A program made the position numbers and the translations under genes. A DNA stretch of 64,000 bases. Origin: Candidatus Cloacimonadales bacterium (GTDB taxonomy: Bacteria > Cloacimonadota > Cloacimonadia > Cloacimonadales > JAIOQZ01). Where the stretch lies: contig CAXXTU010000002.1 in NCBI GenBank assembly GCA_963662655.2, forward strand, positions 128,001-192,000. Reading direction: 5' to 3'. The notes below the pieces were generated by a model. The model was not told the DNA's origin and made no database searches. It worked only from the letters and a program-made list of their open reading frames with translations. Below are positions 1 to 9,266 of the stretch, piece after piece. The number at the start of each line of letters is the position of its first letter. Position 1 is the first letter of the stretch.

Positions 1-1
1 C

Positions 2-940
2 GCTTTTCGAGAGGATGTGGCTAACGTCGCAAAGCTCCATCCCGAATCTCGTGTCTGGCTTGTCGCTGCCGTAACGGCGCATCGCCTCCGCGTAGGGCAT
101 TCTCGGGAACGGCGTCACGAGCTCGATGCCGAGGATCTTCTTGTAGAGCTCCTTCATCAGTCCTTCGAGGATTTCGAATATCTCGTCCTGCGTGACAAAG
201 CTCATTTCCACGTCGAGCTGCGTAAACTCCGGCTGGCGGTCAGCGCGAAGGTCTTCGTCGCGGAAGCAGCGTGCGATCTGGAAATAGCGGTCGAATCCTG
301 CGATCATGAGCAATTGCTTGTATATCTGCGGAGATTGCGGGAGCGCAAAAAATTTACCCCGGTGAATGCGGCTGGGAACAAGGTAGTCCCTTGCGCCTTC
401 CGGTGTCGATTTCATCAGAATCGGCGTCTCGATCTCGAAAAACCGATGTTTGACCATGTACTCGCGGATGGCGTAGACGATCTCGTGGCGCATGATGATC
501 TTGCGTTGCAGCCTCTCGCGGCGCAGATCGAGATAGCGGTACTGGAGGCGAAGGTCTTCTTCGGCCAGAAGCTTCTCGTTCACCTGCACGGGCAACGGCT
601 TGCTCTCGTTCAGAAGAAGTAAGCTTTCCGCGATCACCTCAACCGCTCCGGTTGGCATGTCCTTGTTGACGTTCTGCTCTTCGCGCGCCCTGACGGTTCC
701 CGTCACCGCGAGAACGTATTCGTTACGCAGTCTGTGGGCCTTTTCGATTACAGCTTCGTTCTCGGGCTGGAAAATAATCTGGACGATGCCGGAGACGTCG
801 CGCATGTCGATGAAGATCAGGTTTCCCAAATCCCTTCTTCGGTGCACGTGCCCCATCAATGTAATGGTTTGCCCGATGTTTTCCCAGGTGATTTCTCCGC
901 AGTAATGCGTACGTTTGGTGTTACCGATCAAATCAAGCAT
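2..940 (-). CDS. aspS: Aspartate--tRNA ligase, N-terminal part (runs off the window start)
   Basis: Not in the ORF track. Manual translation from ATG at 940: MLDLIGNTKRTHYCGEITWENIGQTITLMGHVHRRRDLGNLIFIDMRDVSGIVQ... continuing to TPEGARDYLVPSR, LPQSPQIYKQLLM and ARCFRDEDLRADRQPEF motifs. AGGAG RBS at 946-950. Confidence 0.96.
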   Translation of the reverse strand, partial: MLDLIGNTKRTHYCGEITWENIGQTITLMGHVHRRRDLGNLIFIDMRDVSGIVQIIFQPENEAVIEKAHRLRNEYVLAVTGTVRAREEQNVNKDMPTGAVEVIAESLLLLNESKPLPVQVNEKLLAEEDLRLQYRYLDLRRERLQRKIIMRHEIVYAIREYMVKHRFFEIETPILMKSTPEGARDYLVPSRIHRGKFFALPQSPQIYKQLLMIAGFDRYFQIARCFRDEDLRADRQPEFTQLDVEMSFVTQDEIFEILEGLMKELYKKILGIELVTPFPRMPYAEAMRRYGSDKPDTRFGMELCDVSHILSKS

Positions 941-965
941 TTGTACTCCTGTATTTCATTATTTA

Positions 966-3203
966 TTAACACTTTGACCAGCCGCAGGCGGGGCACTTCA
1001 TGCACCCTTCCGCATACTCGATGTTACCGCCGCAGTCCGGGCAGGTACGATACATCTTGGGACGATCCTGTGCCAACGGTTCCTGCTTTTCGCTTCCTTG
1101 CAACTGAACTGCTTCAATCTCCTGAAGAGATGTCTCCAGCGCGGTTGCCACGCCGTCCGCGCAAGAGGAAATCACTTTGCCCTTATACCACATCGGAGAG
1201 GGGCACCGGATTCCCTTGAGCTGGCGAGTTATGGATTCAACCTTCACGTTGGAACGCAGACACAGGGAAACAAGCCGCGCGATTGCCTCCAACTGGGCTG
1301 ACGCGCATCCGCCGACCTTGCCCATCTGCGTGAAAAGCTCGCATGCGCCCTTTTCATCGCTGTTGATGGTCACATACATGTGCCCGCATCCGGTCTCGAT
1401 GCGCTGCGTGAATCCGCGCGTAACTTCCGGGCGGTTGCGCGGTGCGATACGCGCTTTATCGCTGGAAGGCTTCGCTTCCTTCTTGCCAACGTTGAGCACC
1501 TGGTTTTCCCGGCTGCCGTCACGGTAAACCGTAACTCCCTTGCAGCCGAGTTCCCACGCGAGTTCGAAGGCCATCTGCACATCTTCGCGCGTTGCCTCGC
1601 GCTTGAAGTTGATGGTCTTGGAAACGGCGTTGTCCGTGTATTTCTGGAAAGCGGCCTGCATCTTGATGTGCCACTCCGGTGTGATGTCGTGGGATGTTAC
1701 GTAGATCCGCCGAATATCTTCCGGTATCTCCTCGATGTGTGCCACGGAACCGGCATCGGCGATTTTCTCCATCAGCTCCTGGCTGGCGATTCCGGCGTTC
1801 TCGAGCGCTTTCTTCAGATATGGATTCACATAAAGAAGCTTTTCGCCGTCCATCACGTTTTTCACGAAGACGAGTGAGAATTGCGGTTCGATGCCGCTGG
1901 AGGTGTCGCAAATCATACTGATGGTTCCGGTGGGAGCAATGGTGGTGACGGTCGCGTTGCGCATGCCGTCTTTCGCCATCTTATCGATCAACGAATCCCA
2001 ATCCAAATTACCGCTGCGGATCACCTGCTTTTTATCGAAGATACTCTCTTTGTAGTTCGGGAAGGAGCCACGCTCGACCGCCAGCTCCACCGATTTGAGC
2101 TTGCCGTGGTAGTCGATGAATTCCATGATCTCTTTGGCCAGCTCGATCGCCTCGTCACTGTTGTAGGGGATTTCAAGCTGGTAAAGGAGATCGGCCCAGC
2201 CCATGACACCCAACCCGATTTTCCGGTTGGCTTCCACCATCTCCTGAATTTCCGGGAGCGGGAAATTGGAGCGATCGATCACATGGTCGAGGAACTCCAC
2301 ACTGTCGCGAACGATCTTCTTGCAGGCATCGTAGTCGAAAGCGGCGTCTTTCACGAAGGCGGCAAGATTGATGGAGCCGAGGTTGCAGGCTTCGTTGGGG
2401 AGTAGCGGCTGTTCGCCGCACGGGTTGGTGCTCTCGATCCTGCCGATATGCGGTGTTGGATTCTGCTGGTTGATGCGATCCAGGAAGATGACGCCGGGTT
2501 CGCCGTTTTTATGCGCCATTTCCACGATGAGCGAAAAGACGTCGCGCGCCGAGACCTTCTTGATGACTTCGCCGGTGTTGGGCGAGACAAGTTCGTATTC
2601 GGAATCCTGATGCACCGCCTGCATGAAGGCGTCGTTGATGGCGACGCTGATATTGAAATTGGTTAGCTCGGTCGTGTCTTCTTTGCAGGTGATGAAATCG
2701 ATCACCTGCGGATGGGTGATATCAAGCATCGCCATGTTGGCCCCGCGGCGTGTGCCGCCTTGCTTCACAGCGTCCGTAGCGGCGTTGAAGACCTTGAGGA
2801 AGGATATTGGCCCGGAAGATACGCCGTTCGTGGAACGAACCGGCGCGTCGGCTTCCCGAAGACGGGAGAAGCTGAAGCCTGTTCCGCCGCCGCTCTTGTG
2901 GATGAGCGCTGCGTTCTTGATGGTTTCGAAGATGCTTTCCATGCTGTCTTCGATCGGAAGGACGAAACATGCGGAGAGCTGTTGGAGGTCGCTTCCTGCG
3001 TTCATGAGCGTTGGTGAATTGGGGAGGAAGCAGCCCGAATCGAGCAGGGCTTCATATTTATTTCGAGCGTGATCGTCTCCACCGGCAATGTTGCTGGCCA
3101 CGCGCGCGATAAGCGATTGCCAGTCTTCGATGGTATTGCCGTCCTGGTCTTTTTTGAAATAGCGTTTTTCAAGTACTTTGAGTGCGTTTTCGCTGAGTTT
3201 CAT
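966..3203 (-). CDS. nrdJ: Class II (adenosylcobalamin-dependent) ribonucleotide reductase with C-terminal TSCPD/Zn-ribbon region
   Basis: PNSPTL, SACF, NPCGEQPL, TTIAPTGT and SKTIN motifs; C-terminal CPDC...CMKCPACGWSKC. Start placed at MKLSENAL (ATG 3203, GGAG RBS upstream) rather than 3242. Confidence 0.93.
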   Translation of the reverse strand: MKLSENALKVLEKRYFKKDQDGNTIEDWQSLIARVASNIAGGDDHARNKYEALLDSGCFLPNSPTLMNAGSDLQQLSACFVLPIEDSMESIFETIKNAALIHKSGGGTGFSFSRLREADAPVRSTNGVSSGPISFLKVFNAATDAVKQGGTRRGANMAMLDITHPQVIDFITCKEDTTELTNFNISVAINDAFMQAVHQDSEYELVSPNTGEVIKKVSARDVFSLIVEMAHKNGEPGVIFLDRINQQNPTPHIGRIESTNPCGEQPLLPNEACNLGSINLAAFVKDAAFDYDACKKIVRDSVEFLDHVIDRSNFPLPEIQEMVEANRKIGLGVMGWADLLYQLEIPYNSDEAIELAKEIMEFIDYHGKLKSVELAVERGSFPNYKESIFDKKQVIRSGNLDWDSLIDKMAKDGMRNATVTTIAPTGTISMICDTSSGIEPQFSLVFVKNVMDGEKLLYVNPYLKKALENAGIASQELMEKIADAGSVAHIEEIPEDIRRIYVTSHDITPEWHIKMQAAFQKYTDNAVSKTINFKREATREDVQMAFELAWELGCKGVTVYRDGSRENQVLNVGKKEAKPSSDKARIAPRNRPEVTRGFTQRIETGCGHMYVTINSDEKGACELFTQMGKVGGCASAQLEAIARLVSLCLRSNVKVESITRQLKGIRCPSPMWYKGKVISSCADGVATALETSLQEIEAVQLQGSEKQEPLAQDRPKMYRTCPDCGGNIEYAEGCMKCPACGWSKC

Positions 3204-3226
3204 CGAATCTCCATTTATTGTTATAT

Positions 3227-4678
3227 CTATTTGTCTGTCCAATATTTATAAAGCTCGTTGAACGAGCAAATCCAACCGTTGTTCTTCTTCGCCCTCAGGA
3301 TCGATTCCTTGTACAGGTTGCCCCAGCCCGGGTAATCGATGTTATCGAAAGTCCGGTAATGCCACAGGAGCGAGAGGTGCCCTTTCTGCTTGCGGGTGTG
3401 TTTGATGCGGTTCAGGAGCCATCTTCGGCCCGATTCGAAATTCTGGTTCATGGCGATGGGCGAGAAGAGACTTACGTCCATCACGTGCATGGGGATTTCC
3501 AGGATGTTGAACGGGCGGTTCTCACTAAGATTGAAAGGCTTGAACGGGAAGGAAATCCCGGCTCGATACCCCGCGTGCTCCCAATAGCCCAAGGTGCTGT
3601 CGTAGAGTATTCCCGCCTTCTCGAGGATCGCGAAGGTTTCCTGGAAGGAGAACGCCAGCCGGTGGCTTCTGCTTCCGATAGGGTGGAAGCCCATCTCGCG
3701 CAGCAAACCGAGCTCTTTGTCGAGTTGCTCCAGCGAGAACGCGGCCTCGGGACTCGCGTGCAGTTCCGCGCCTGTCTGGTTCAGGAGGGTGTAGAAATTC
3801 TGAATCTCCGTTCGGTACTCCGGGTCCACGACGTAGTTCTTGCGCGGGTCCGGGTTGTCCTCCATCGCCAGCAGGAAGGAGGTCGATTGCACGCTGTGCT
3901 TGTGCTCGAACGCGATGACCCGCGAGTGTCTGCGCGTGGGATTGTAGAACAACCGCTTGTCGAGATTGTGGAAGAGCATCTTGTACATCGATTTCAGCGG
4001 CTGTTTGGTGAACCTGCCGAGGTTGTACCGGTTCATTCGCTTGATCTCTTCGGGCGTCCAGTAGTTCCAGTAATCCACGTCGTGCGAGAGCGTCATACAG
4101 AAATCTTTGTTCTCCGGCCAGCGCGGTTTGCCCGAGAACTCGGGGATCCTCATGCTGAAAGCGCGATCCAGCATGTCCACGTAGTAATCCACCACGGGGA
4201 TATCCGCGAAATCCCAGAATTTCTGGTGCGATTCCTGGAAATCGTAGCGGTTTTCGGGAGAAAGCTTCTGCCCGGAGGCATACTCCTGCCAACATGTCAG
4301 AAAGTAGAACGCCGACGAGATGATGTCCTTGCTGATGCAGATGCACCGTTCTCCGATTTCGAATATCTCACCTGCTGAAGAGAACAGGAATGGCAGCATC
4401 ACTTCATTGTACTTCTGGAAGCGGAACTCGTCGTTCGGGTACATCTCTTTCTTGCTGAAGAATGTATTCGCCTGCGGATTGTGGTAGATATGAACCGGGT
4501 ATCGCTCATCCGCCTTCTCGCCGTAATAGACGTGGATCTGGGCAGAAGAATACCGGTAGTAGAATTTGGGTTGCAAGCCCAGAATCCTGCAGAACTGCCG
4601 GAAAACATACTCGCTCTTCGGGATGTACGGTTTCTCGACATCCACCAGAATATTCAGTGTCGCTTTAAAATATTCCAT
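3227..4678 (-). CDS. Polysaccharide deacetylase-like protein (NodB-type fold, long N-terminal domain)
   Basis: LSHDVD motif, ELH, RSHRL, YDST and GYRAGISFPF...EIPMHVMD...LLWH pattern typical of deacetylase-like proteins from surface-polysaccharide loci. Confidence 0.7.
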   Translation of the reverse strand: MEYFKATLNILVDVEKPYIPKSEYVFRQFCRILGLQPKFYYRYSSAQIHVYYGEKADERYPVHIYHNPQANTFFSKKEMYPNDEFRFQKYNEVMLPFLFSSAGEIFEIGERCICISKDIISSAFYFLTCWQEYASGQKLSPENRYDFQESHQKFWDFADIPVVDYYVDMLDRAFSMRIPEFSGKPRWPENKDFCMTLSHDVDYWNYWTPEEIKRMNRYNLGRFTKQPLKSMYKMLFHNLDKRLFYNPTRRHSRVIAFEHKHSVQSTSFLLAMEDNPDPRKNYVVDPEYRTEIQNFYTLLNQTGAELHASPEAAFSLEQLDKELGLLREMGFHPIGSRSHRLAFSFQETFAILEKAGILYDSTLGYWEHAGYRAGISFPFKPFNLSENRPFNILEIPMHVMDVSLFSPIAMNQNFESGRRWLLNRIKHTRKQKGHLSLLWHYRTFDNIDYPGWGNLYKESILRAKKNNGWICSFNELYKYWTDK

Positions 4679-4685
4679 TCTCTTG

Positions 4686-7004
4686 TCAGATCAACACGAT
4701 ATCGAGAATCTGATCGATGTGATTCACGTAGGTTGCCTTCATTCCTTTGCGGCTAACTTCGTCGATTTCCTCGAACTGGTCCATGTTCTCTTCCGGCAGG
4801 ATCACGTGATTGATCCCGGCGCGCTTGGCTGCGAGAACCTTCTCGCGCACGCCGCCGATCGGCAGGACTTTCCCGAGGAGGGTGATCTCCCCCGTCATGG
4901 CGATATCGTGGCGCACCTTTCGCTCGCTGAGGAGCGATGCCAGCGACGTCGTGAGCGTCACACCGGCCGAGGGACCGTCCTTGGGTATCGCACCGGATGG
5001 AAGGTGGATGTGAATATCGATCTTGTCGAAGTTCTCGACCTTGAATTTATACTCTTCTTGCTTACTCTTCAGATACGTCATGGAAATCTTCGCCGATTCC
5101 TGCATCACTTCGCCGAGAAGCCCCGTGAGGACCAGTTGCCCCTTGCCGGGCGACACCCTCGATTCGCAGAACAATATCTCCCCGCCGAATGAGGTGTAAG
5201 CCATGCCGGTCACCACGCTAATTTCAGGCTTGCGATTCGCCATTTCAAGCGAGAACTTGCGTACGCCCAGGAAGTCGCGAACGTTCTTGGCCGAAACGGT
5301 CACCAGCTTGTCGTTACCCTCCGCTACGCGACGCGCGATCTTGCGCATTACCTCGGCGATACGACGCTGGAGGTTGCGCACACCCGCTTCCCGCACGTAG
5401 TAGCGGTTGATTTCCTTGAGCGCTGTTTCCATAAAACGGACGTTCTTGCCGGTCAGTCCGTTGTTCTCCACCTCCTTCGGGACAAGATAGTGGCGCGCGA
5501 TCTTGATCTTTTCCTCCTCGATGTAGCTGGAGAACTCGATGATCTCCATGCGGTCCAGAAGCGGAGGCGGAATGGTGCTCAGGGAGTTGGCCGTCGTGAT
5601 GAACAGCACTTCCGAGAGGTTGAAGGGAAGATTGAGGTAGTTGTCCACGAACTTGTCGTTCTGCTCGGGATCGAGCACTTCCAGGAGCGCTGAAGACGGA
5701 TCTCCGCGGAAGTCCCTTCCGACCTTGTCGATCTCGTCGAGCATGAAGAGCGGATTCGCGGTGCCGCAGCGCTTGATCTCATTGATGATCTTGCCGGGCA
5801 TCGCGCCGACGTATGTTCTTCGGTGGCCGCGGATCTCCGCTTCGTCGTGAATGCCACCGAGGGAGATGCGGATGAATTCTCGGTTCATGGATCGCGCGAT
5901 CGAACGCCCGAGGGAGGTTTTACCCACGCCCGGAGGCCCCACGAAACACAGGATCGGTCCCTTGAGCGAGTGCCTCAGTTTCTTCACGGCGATGAATTCG
6001 AGAATGCGTTCCTTCGGCTTGTCCAGTCCGTAGTGGTCTTTGGTGAGAATCTGGTCGATGCGCTCGAGATCGAGCCGGTCTTCCGAGTACTTGGTCCACG
6101 GGATACTGATGAGCCAGTCGAGGTAGGTGCGGACAACTGAGTACTCGCTGGAGGCGGGAGACATCGCCGAGAGGCGTTCGAGTTCCTCCAGCGCGACATC
6201 GGCCACGTAATCGGGGAGGTTGGCATCTTCGATCGCCTTTTCCCATTTATCTCGCTCGATGTCCAGTTCGTCGCCTTCACCCAATTCCTTGCGGATGGCG
6301 TCGAGTTGCTCGCGCAGGTAGTACTTGCGCTGGTCTTCATCCATCTCGAGTTGGATGTTGCTTCGGATGCGGTTCTCCAGCTTCATCTGGCGGATCAGTT
6401 CCGAGAGGTAGCGGTTGAGCTTCTCGTAGCGCGATTTGACATTCCATGTGGAGAGGATGTCCTGCTTTTGCTCGATTTCGATGTTGACGTTCCCGGCGAT
6501 GATATCTGCAACCCGGCCATCCGGCTTGACGAGCTTGAGTCCCTGGATGAGCTCGCGGTTGACTTCGCTGCTCTCTTCCACGATCTTCTCGAGGAGCTCG
6601 ATGGAAATCTTCTTGAGCGCCGTGATGCGCGGGGAGGCTTTCTTGTTTTCGGGGATCGCCTCCACTTCCACCTGGAGGAACGGCTGGTCTTTCACCACCT
6701 TTTCCACACGGATGCGCGAGACGCCCTGCATGAGCAGGCTTATCGATCCATCGTTGTTGCGGATCATGCGCAGGATGGAAACCGCTGTACCGTATTCGTA
6801 TATGTCAAGATCGTTCTCCGATTCCGTGTCGTCGCGGGAAAGGAAGAATCCAAGTAGTTTATCTTTGCTCAGTGCGTAATCGATGACCTTCTTCAGGCTT
6901 TCGTTGGAGACAACCAACGGGATCATCAAATAGGGGAACATTACAATATTATTTACGTGAATAACGGGCAATGTCCTCGGTATTTTCTTGTTGATCTCAC
7001 TCAT
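4686..7004 (-). CDS. lon: ATP-dependent Lon protease
   Basis: Lon N domain, Walker [34 protein letters not shown], catalytic PKDGPSAG and IGGVREK. Confidence 0.97.
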   Translation of the reverse strand: MSEINKKIPRTLPVIHVNNIVMFPYLMIPLVVSNESLKKVIDYALSKDKLLGFFLSRDDTESENDLDIYEYGTAVSILRMIRNNDGSISLLMQGVSRIRVEKVVKDQPFLQVEVEAIPENKKASPRITALKKISIELLEKIVEESSEVNRELIQGLKLVKPDGRVADIIAGNVNIEIEQKQDILSTWNVKSRYEKLNRYLSELIRQMKLENRIRSNIQLEMDEDQRKYYLREQLDAIRKELGEGDELDIERDKWEKAIEDANLPDYVADVALEELERLSAMSPASSEYSVVRTYLDWLISIPWTKYSEDRLDLERIDQILTKDHYGLDKPKERILEFIAVKKLRHSLKGPILCFVGPPGVGKTSLGRSIARSMNREFIRISLGGIHDEAEIRGHRRTYVGAMPGKIINEIKRCGTANPLFMLDEIDKVGRDFRGDPSSALLEVLDPEQNDKFVDNYLNLPFNLSEVLFITTANSLSTIPPPLLDRMEIIEFSSYIEEEKIKIARHYLVPKEVENNGLTGKNVRFMETALKEINRYYVREAGVRNLQRRIAEVMRKIARRVAEGNDKLVTVSAKNVRDFLGVRKFSLEMANRKPEISVVTGMAYTSFGGEILFCESRVSPGKGQLVLTGLLGEVMQESAKISMTYLKSKQEEYKFKVENFDKIDIHIHLPSGAIPKDGPSAGVTLTTSLASLLSERKVRHDIAMTGEITLLGKVLPIGGVREKVLAAKRAGINHVILPEENMDQFEEIDEVSRKGMKATYVNHIDQILDIVLI

Positions 7005-7457
7005 CTAAAGCTCCAATGTCGTGATATTCATATTCTTAAACAATCTACACCATTTCAGCGATCAACGCAAAAAAAGCAAGTGAAAAAATTGTGCGGAAAC
7101 GAATGATTCGAGCGCGGAGAATAACAGACCGTTCATTTTGAATTCAACATGAAAATTCTGCCATTTTTAAGGGAATAACGATCGCGTGAACCATGGGGCG
7201 TCTCTTTTCTCAAAAAAACGCAGATAGCTCTTTCTCAAATCGGGTAAATCACGGAGGAAAATCACGCATTCCGGGGAACGATAGACGCCGTTTTCGACAT
7301 TTTTTTATTTAATTTTTCAGGAACCTCCGATTGGGGAAGTCGGTGTTAAAATGCGGATAAACATAGTGATAAGGCGATTCTCTCTCGATTGCCAACACAA
7401 AAATACAGGCCGCACATTCCCTATTCAGAAAAAAAACCGCAGAAAAGAAAAAAACGC

Positions 7458-7522
7458 TTGACGTATGCACACAGAAATTCAAAAATCCGCACAAGATATC
7501 AGATATTCTCACTTGTTCTCAC
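7458..7522 (+). promoter_or_regulatory. Putative dcw promoter (-35 TTGACG) with 10-bp-periodic candidate MraZ operator boxes
   Basis: TTGACG at 7458-7463, weak -10 AAAAAT 17 nt downstream. Hexamers CCGCAC/TATCAG/TCTCAC/TCTCAC at 7487, 7497, 7507, 7517 directly upstream of mraZ. Confidence 0.55.
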
Positions 7523-7540
7523 ATTAACGGGGGTCTCAAC

Positions 7541-7984
7541 ATGGCGATTGATTTTACCGGAAGCTTTGAAGGCGCAATCCACAAACAGCGGATTGTCATA
7601 CCTTCGGACTTCCGTAAGCAGTTGGACGAAGAAGCTTTCTGGGTAGCTACTTTGCGCCCGGGGCAGAACCCTACGATCCTGCTTTACCCGCAGGATAACT
7701 GGCAAAAGATTCGTGAGAAGCTCAAAGGCGGTGAGCAGCGAGAACGGAAGATTCTATCCTTCTTCCAGTTCTACGCGATGGCGCCTCAGCAGTACGAAGG
7801 TCCCGGAAGGATCAAGCTGACACCCAAGCTCCTCGAGAAGGCCGGCCTTGACGACAAGGCTATCCTGATGGGAGAGACCGATTTCATATCGATCTGGGAG
7901 CCGGGTCGATTCGATCAGGAAGAGCAGAAACGTATCGCCAGCATCGTTAGCGATGTATTCGAATCCACGGACTTCCAGATATGA
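7541..7984 (+). CDS. mraZ: Transcriptional regulator MraZ
   Basis: FTGSFEGAIHKQRIVIPSDFR...GRIKL...IW two SpoVT/AbrB-like repeats; first gene of the dcw cluster. Confidence 0.9.
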   Translation: MAIDFTGSFEGAIHKQRIVIPSDFRKQLDEEAFWVATLRPGQNPTILLYPQDNWQKIREKLKGGEQRERKILSFFQFYAMAPQQYEGPGRIKLTPKLLEKAGLDDKAILMGETDFISIWEPGRFDQEEQKRIASIVSDVFESTDFQI

Positions 7985-8919
7985 GCCAGTACCACGTGCC
8001 CGTAATGCTTCACGAGACCCTGGACGGATTGAACATCCGTCCTGGTTGCGTCTACGTGGACGCTACCCTTGGCGGGGGGGGGCACACGCGTGTGATGCTG
8101 GAGCAATATCCCGACATCACGGTCTACGGGTTTGACCGCGATCCCGACGCGATTGCGCAGAACGAGGACTTGATGAGCAAATACGGCGATCGCTTCAAAG
8201 CGATTCACGCCAACTACTCGGAGATTCGCACGCAGCTCTCGCTCAACTTCGTCCGCAAAGTCGACGGCATCCTGTTTGATCTGGGTGTGTCATCGCACCA
8301 GTTCGATAGCCCCAAGCGAGGGTTCGGATTCCAGGAGGACGCCCCGCTGGACATGCGCATGGACCCCACAGAGGGAGAGTCGGCAGCCGATATCGTCAAC
8401 AACATGCCGGTGGACGACCTGAAGAAGCTGTTCTGGGAATATGGCGAGGAACGGGAATCGGGCCGCATCGCCCGGGCGATCGAGAAATACCGGCTGGAAA
8501 AAGATATTCTGACAACCGGCGAACTTGCCGGGATCGTTGACCGAGCGACGCTTTCGCATCTGAAGGCCAAGGCTCGGGCGAGGATTTTCCAGGCGCTTCG
8601 TATTCATGTAAACCGCGAGTTGGACCACCTGCAGAAGGGACTGAAAGACGCGGTCGATTTACTGGAAGAGAAAGGGAGGATCGTAACCATCGCGTATCAC
8701 AGCCTCGAAGATCGGGCCGTGAAGCAGTATTTCATATTCGAAGAAAAATCGTGTTTATGCCACCCGTCGTTACCCACATGCATGTGTTCCAAGAAGTCGA
8801 GATTGAATATCATTACTCGTAAACCGCTTCGACCAGGGGAAGAGGAAGTCAGCAGAAACAGCAGGGCCCGGAGCGCCAAATTACGTATTGCCGAGAAGAA
8901 GGGGGAATCGAATGCGTAA
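7981..8919 (+). CDS. rsmH: 16S rRNA m4C1402 methyltransferase
   Basis: HVPVM, DATLGGGGH, DLGVSS, PLDMRMD, FQALRIHVNRE, HSLEDR, RARSAKLR. Confidence 0.97.
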   Translation: MSQYHVPVMLHETLDGLNIRPGCVYVDATLGGGGHTRVMLEQYPDITVYGFDRDPDAIAQNEDLMSKYGDRFKAIHANYSEIRTQLSLNFVRKVDGILFDLGVSSHQFDSPKRGFGFQEDAPLDMRMDPTEGESAADIVNNMPVDDLKKLFWEYGEERESGRIARAIEKYRLEKDILTTGELAGIVDRATLSHLKAKARARIFQALRIHVNRELDHLQKGLKDAVDLLEEKGRIVTIAYHSLEDRAVKQYFIFEEKSCLCHPSLPTCMCSKKSRLNIITRKPLRPGEEEVSRNSRARSAKLRIAEKKGESNA

Positions 8920-9256
8920 GAAATTGGTACTATTGTCCGTATTTGTCGCGTTTTTAGTATTTATGCACTATTTCAACAAACATCACATTCTCAACTGCGA
9001 GAAGGACATCGTTCAGCTTGAGAAGATTTGCGCCGCGGAGAGGCTCGTGAACAGCGACCTCAAGCTCGAGTACATCCGCCTCAGCGCGCGGGAAAGAATT
9101 TTGAAATACGCCGAGCAAAAGCTGGATATGGTTTTGCCGGATCAATCGAACAACAGCGTCCATTACGTTAAAGAAACACGGTTGAGTGACGAAACGAAGC
9201 GTTTCAGCCTGATCGATTTCTTTGTCCCTTCTATGGAAGCGCTTACCCGGAAATAG
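8912..9256 (+). CDS. ftsL: Cell division protein FtsL-like
   Basis: Single N-terminal TM plus coiled coil ending ERILKYAEQKLDM; sits between rsmH and ftsI. Confidence 0.75.
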   Translation: MRKKLVLLSVFVAFLVFMHYFNKHHILNCEKDIVQLEKICAAERLVNSDLKLEYIRLSARERILKYAEQKLDMVLPDQSNNSVHYVKETRLSDETKRFSLIDFFVPSMEALTRK

Positions 9257-9266
9257 TCTCGATCCC

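Noticed and set aside
17..1219. Plus-strand ORFs 17-622, 600-905 and 734-1219
   Set aside because: Antisense shadows of aspS and nrdJ on the minus strand.
3204..3255. NrdR box or cobalamin riboswitch upstream of nrdJ
   Set aside because: Only a weak AT-rich resemblance to the NrdR consensus, and the 23-nt gap leaves no room for a riboswitch.
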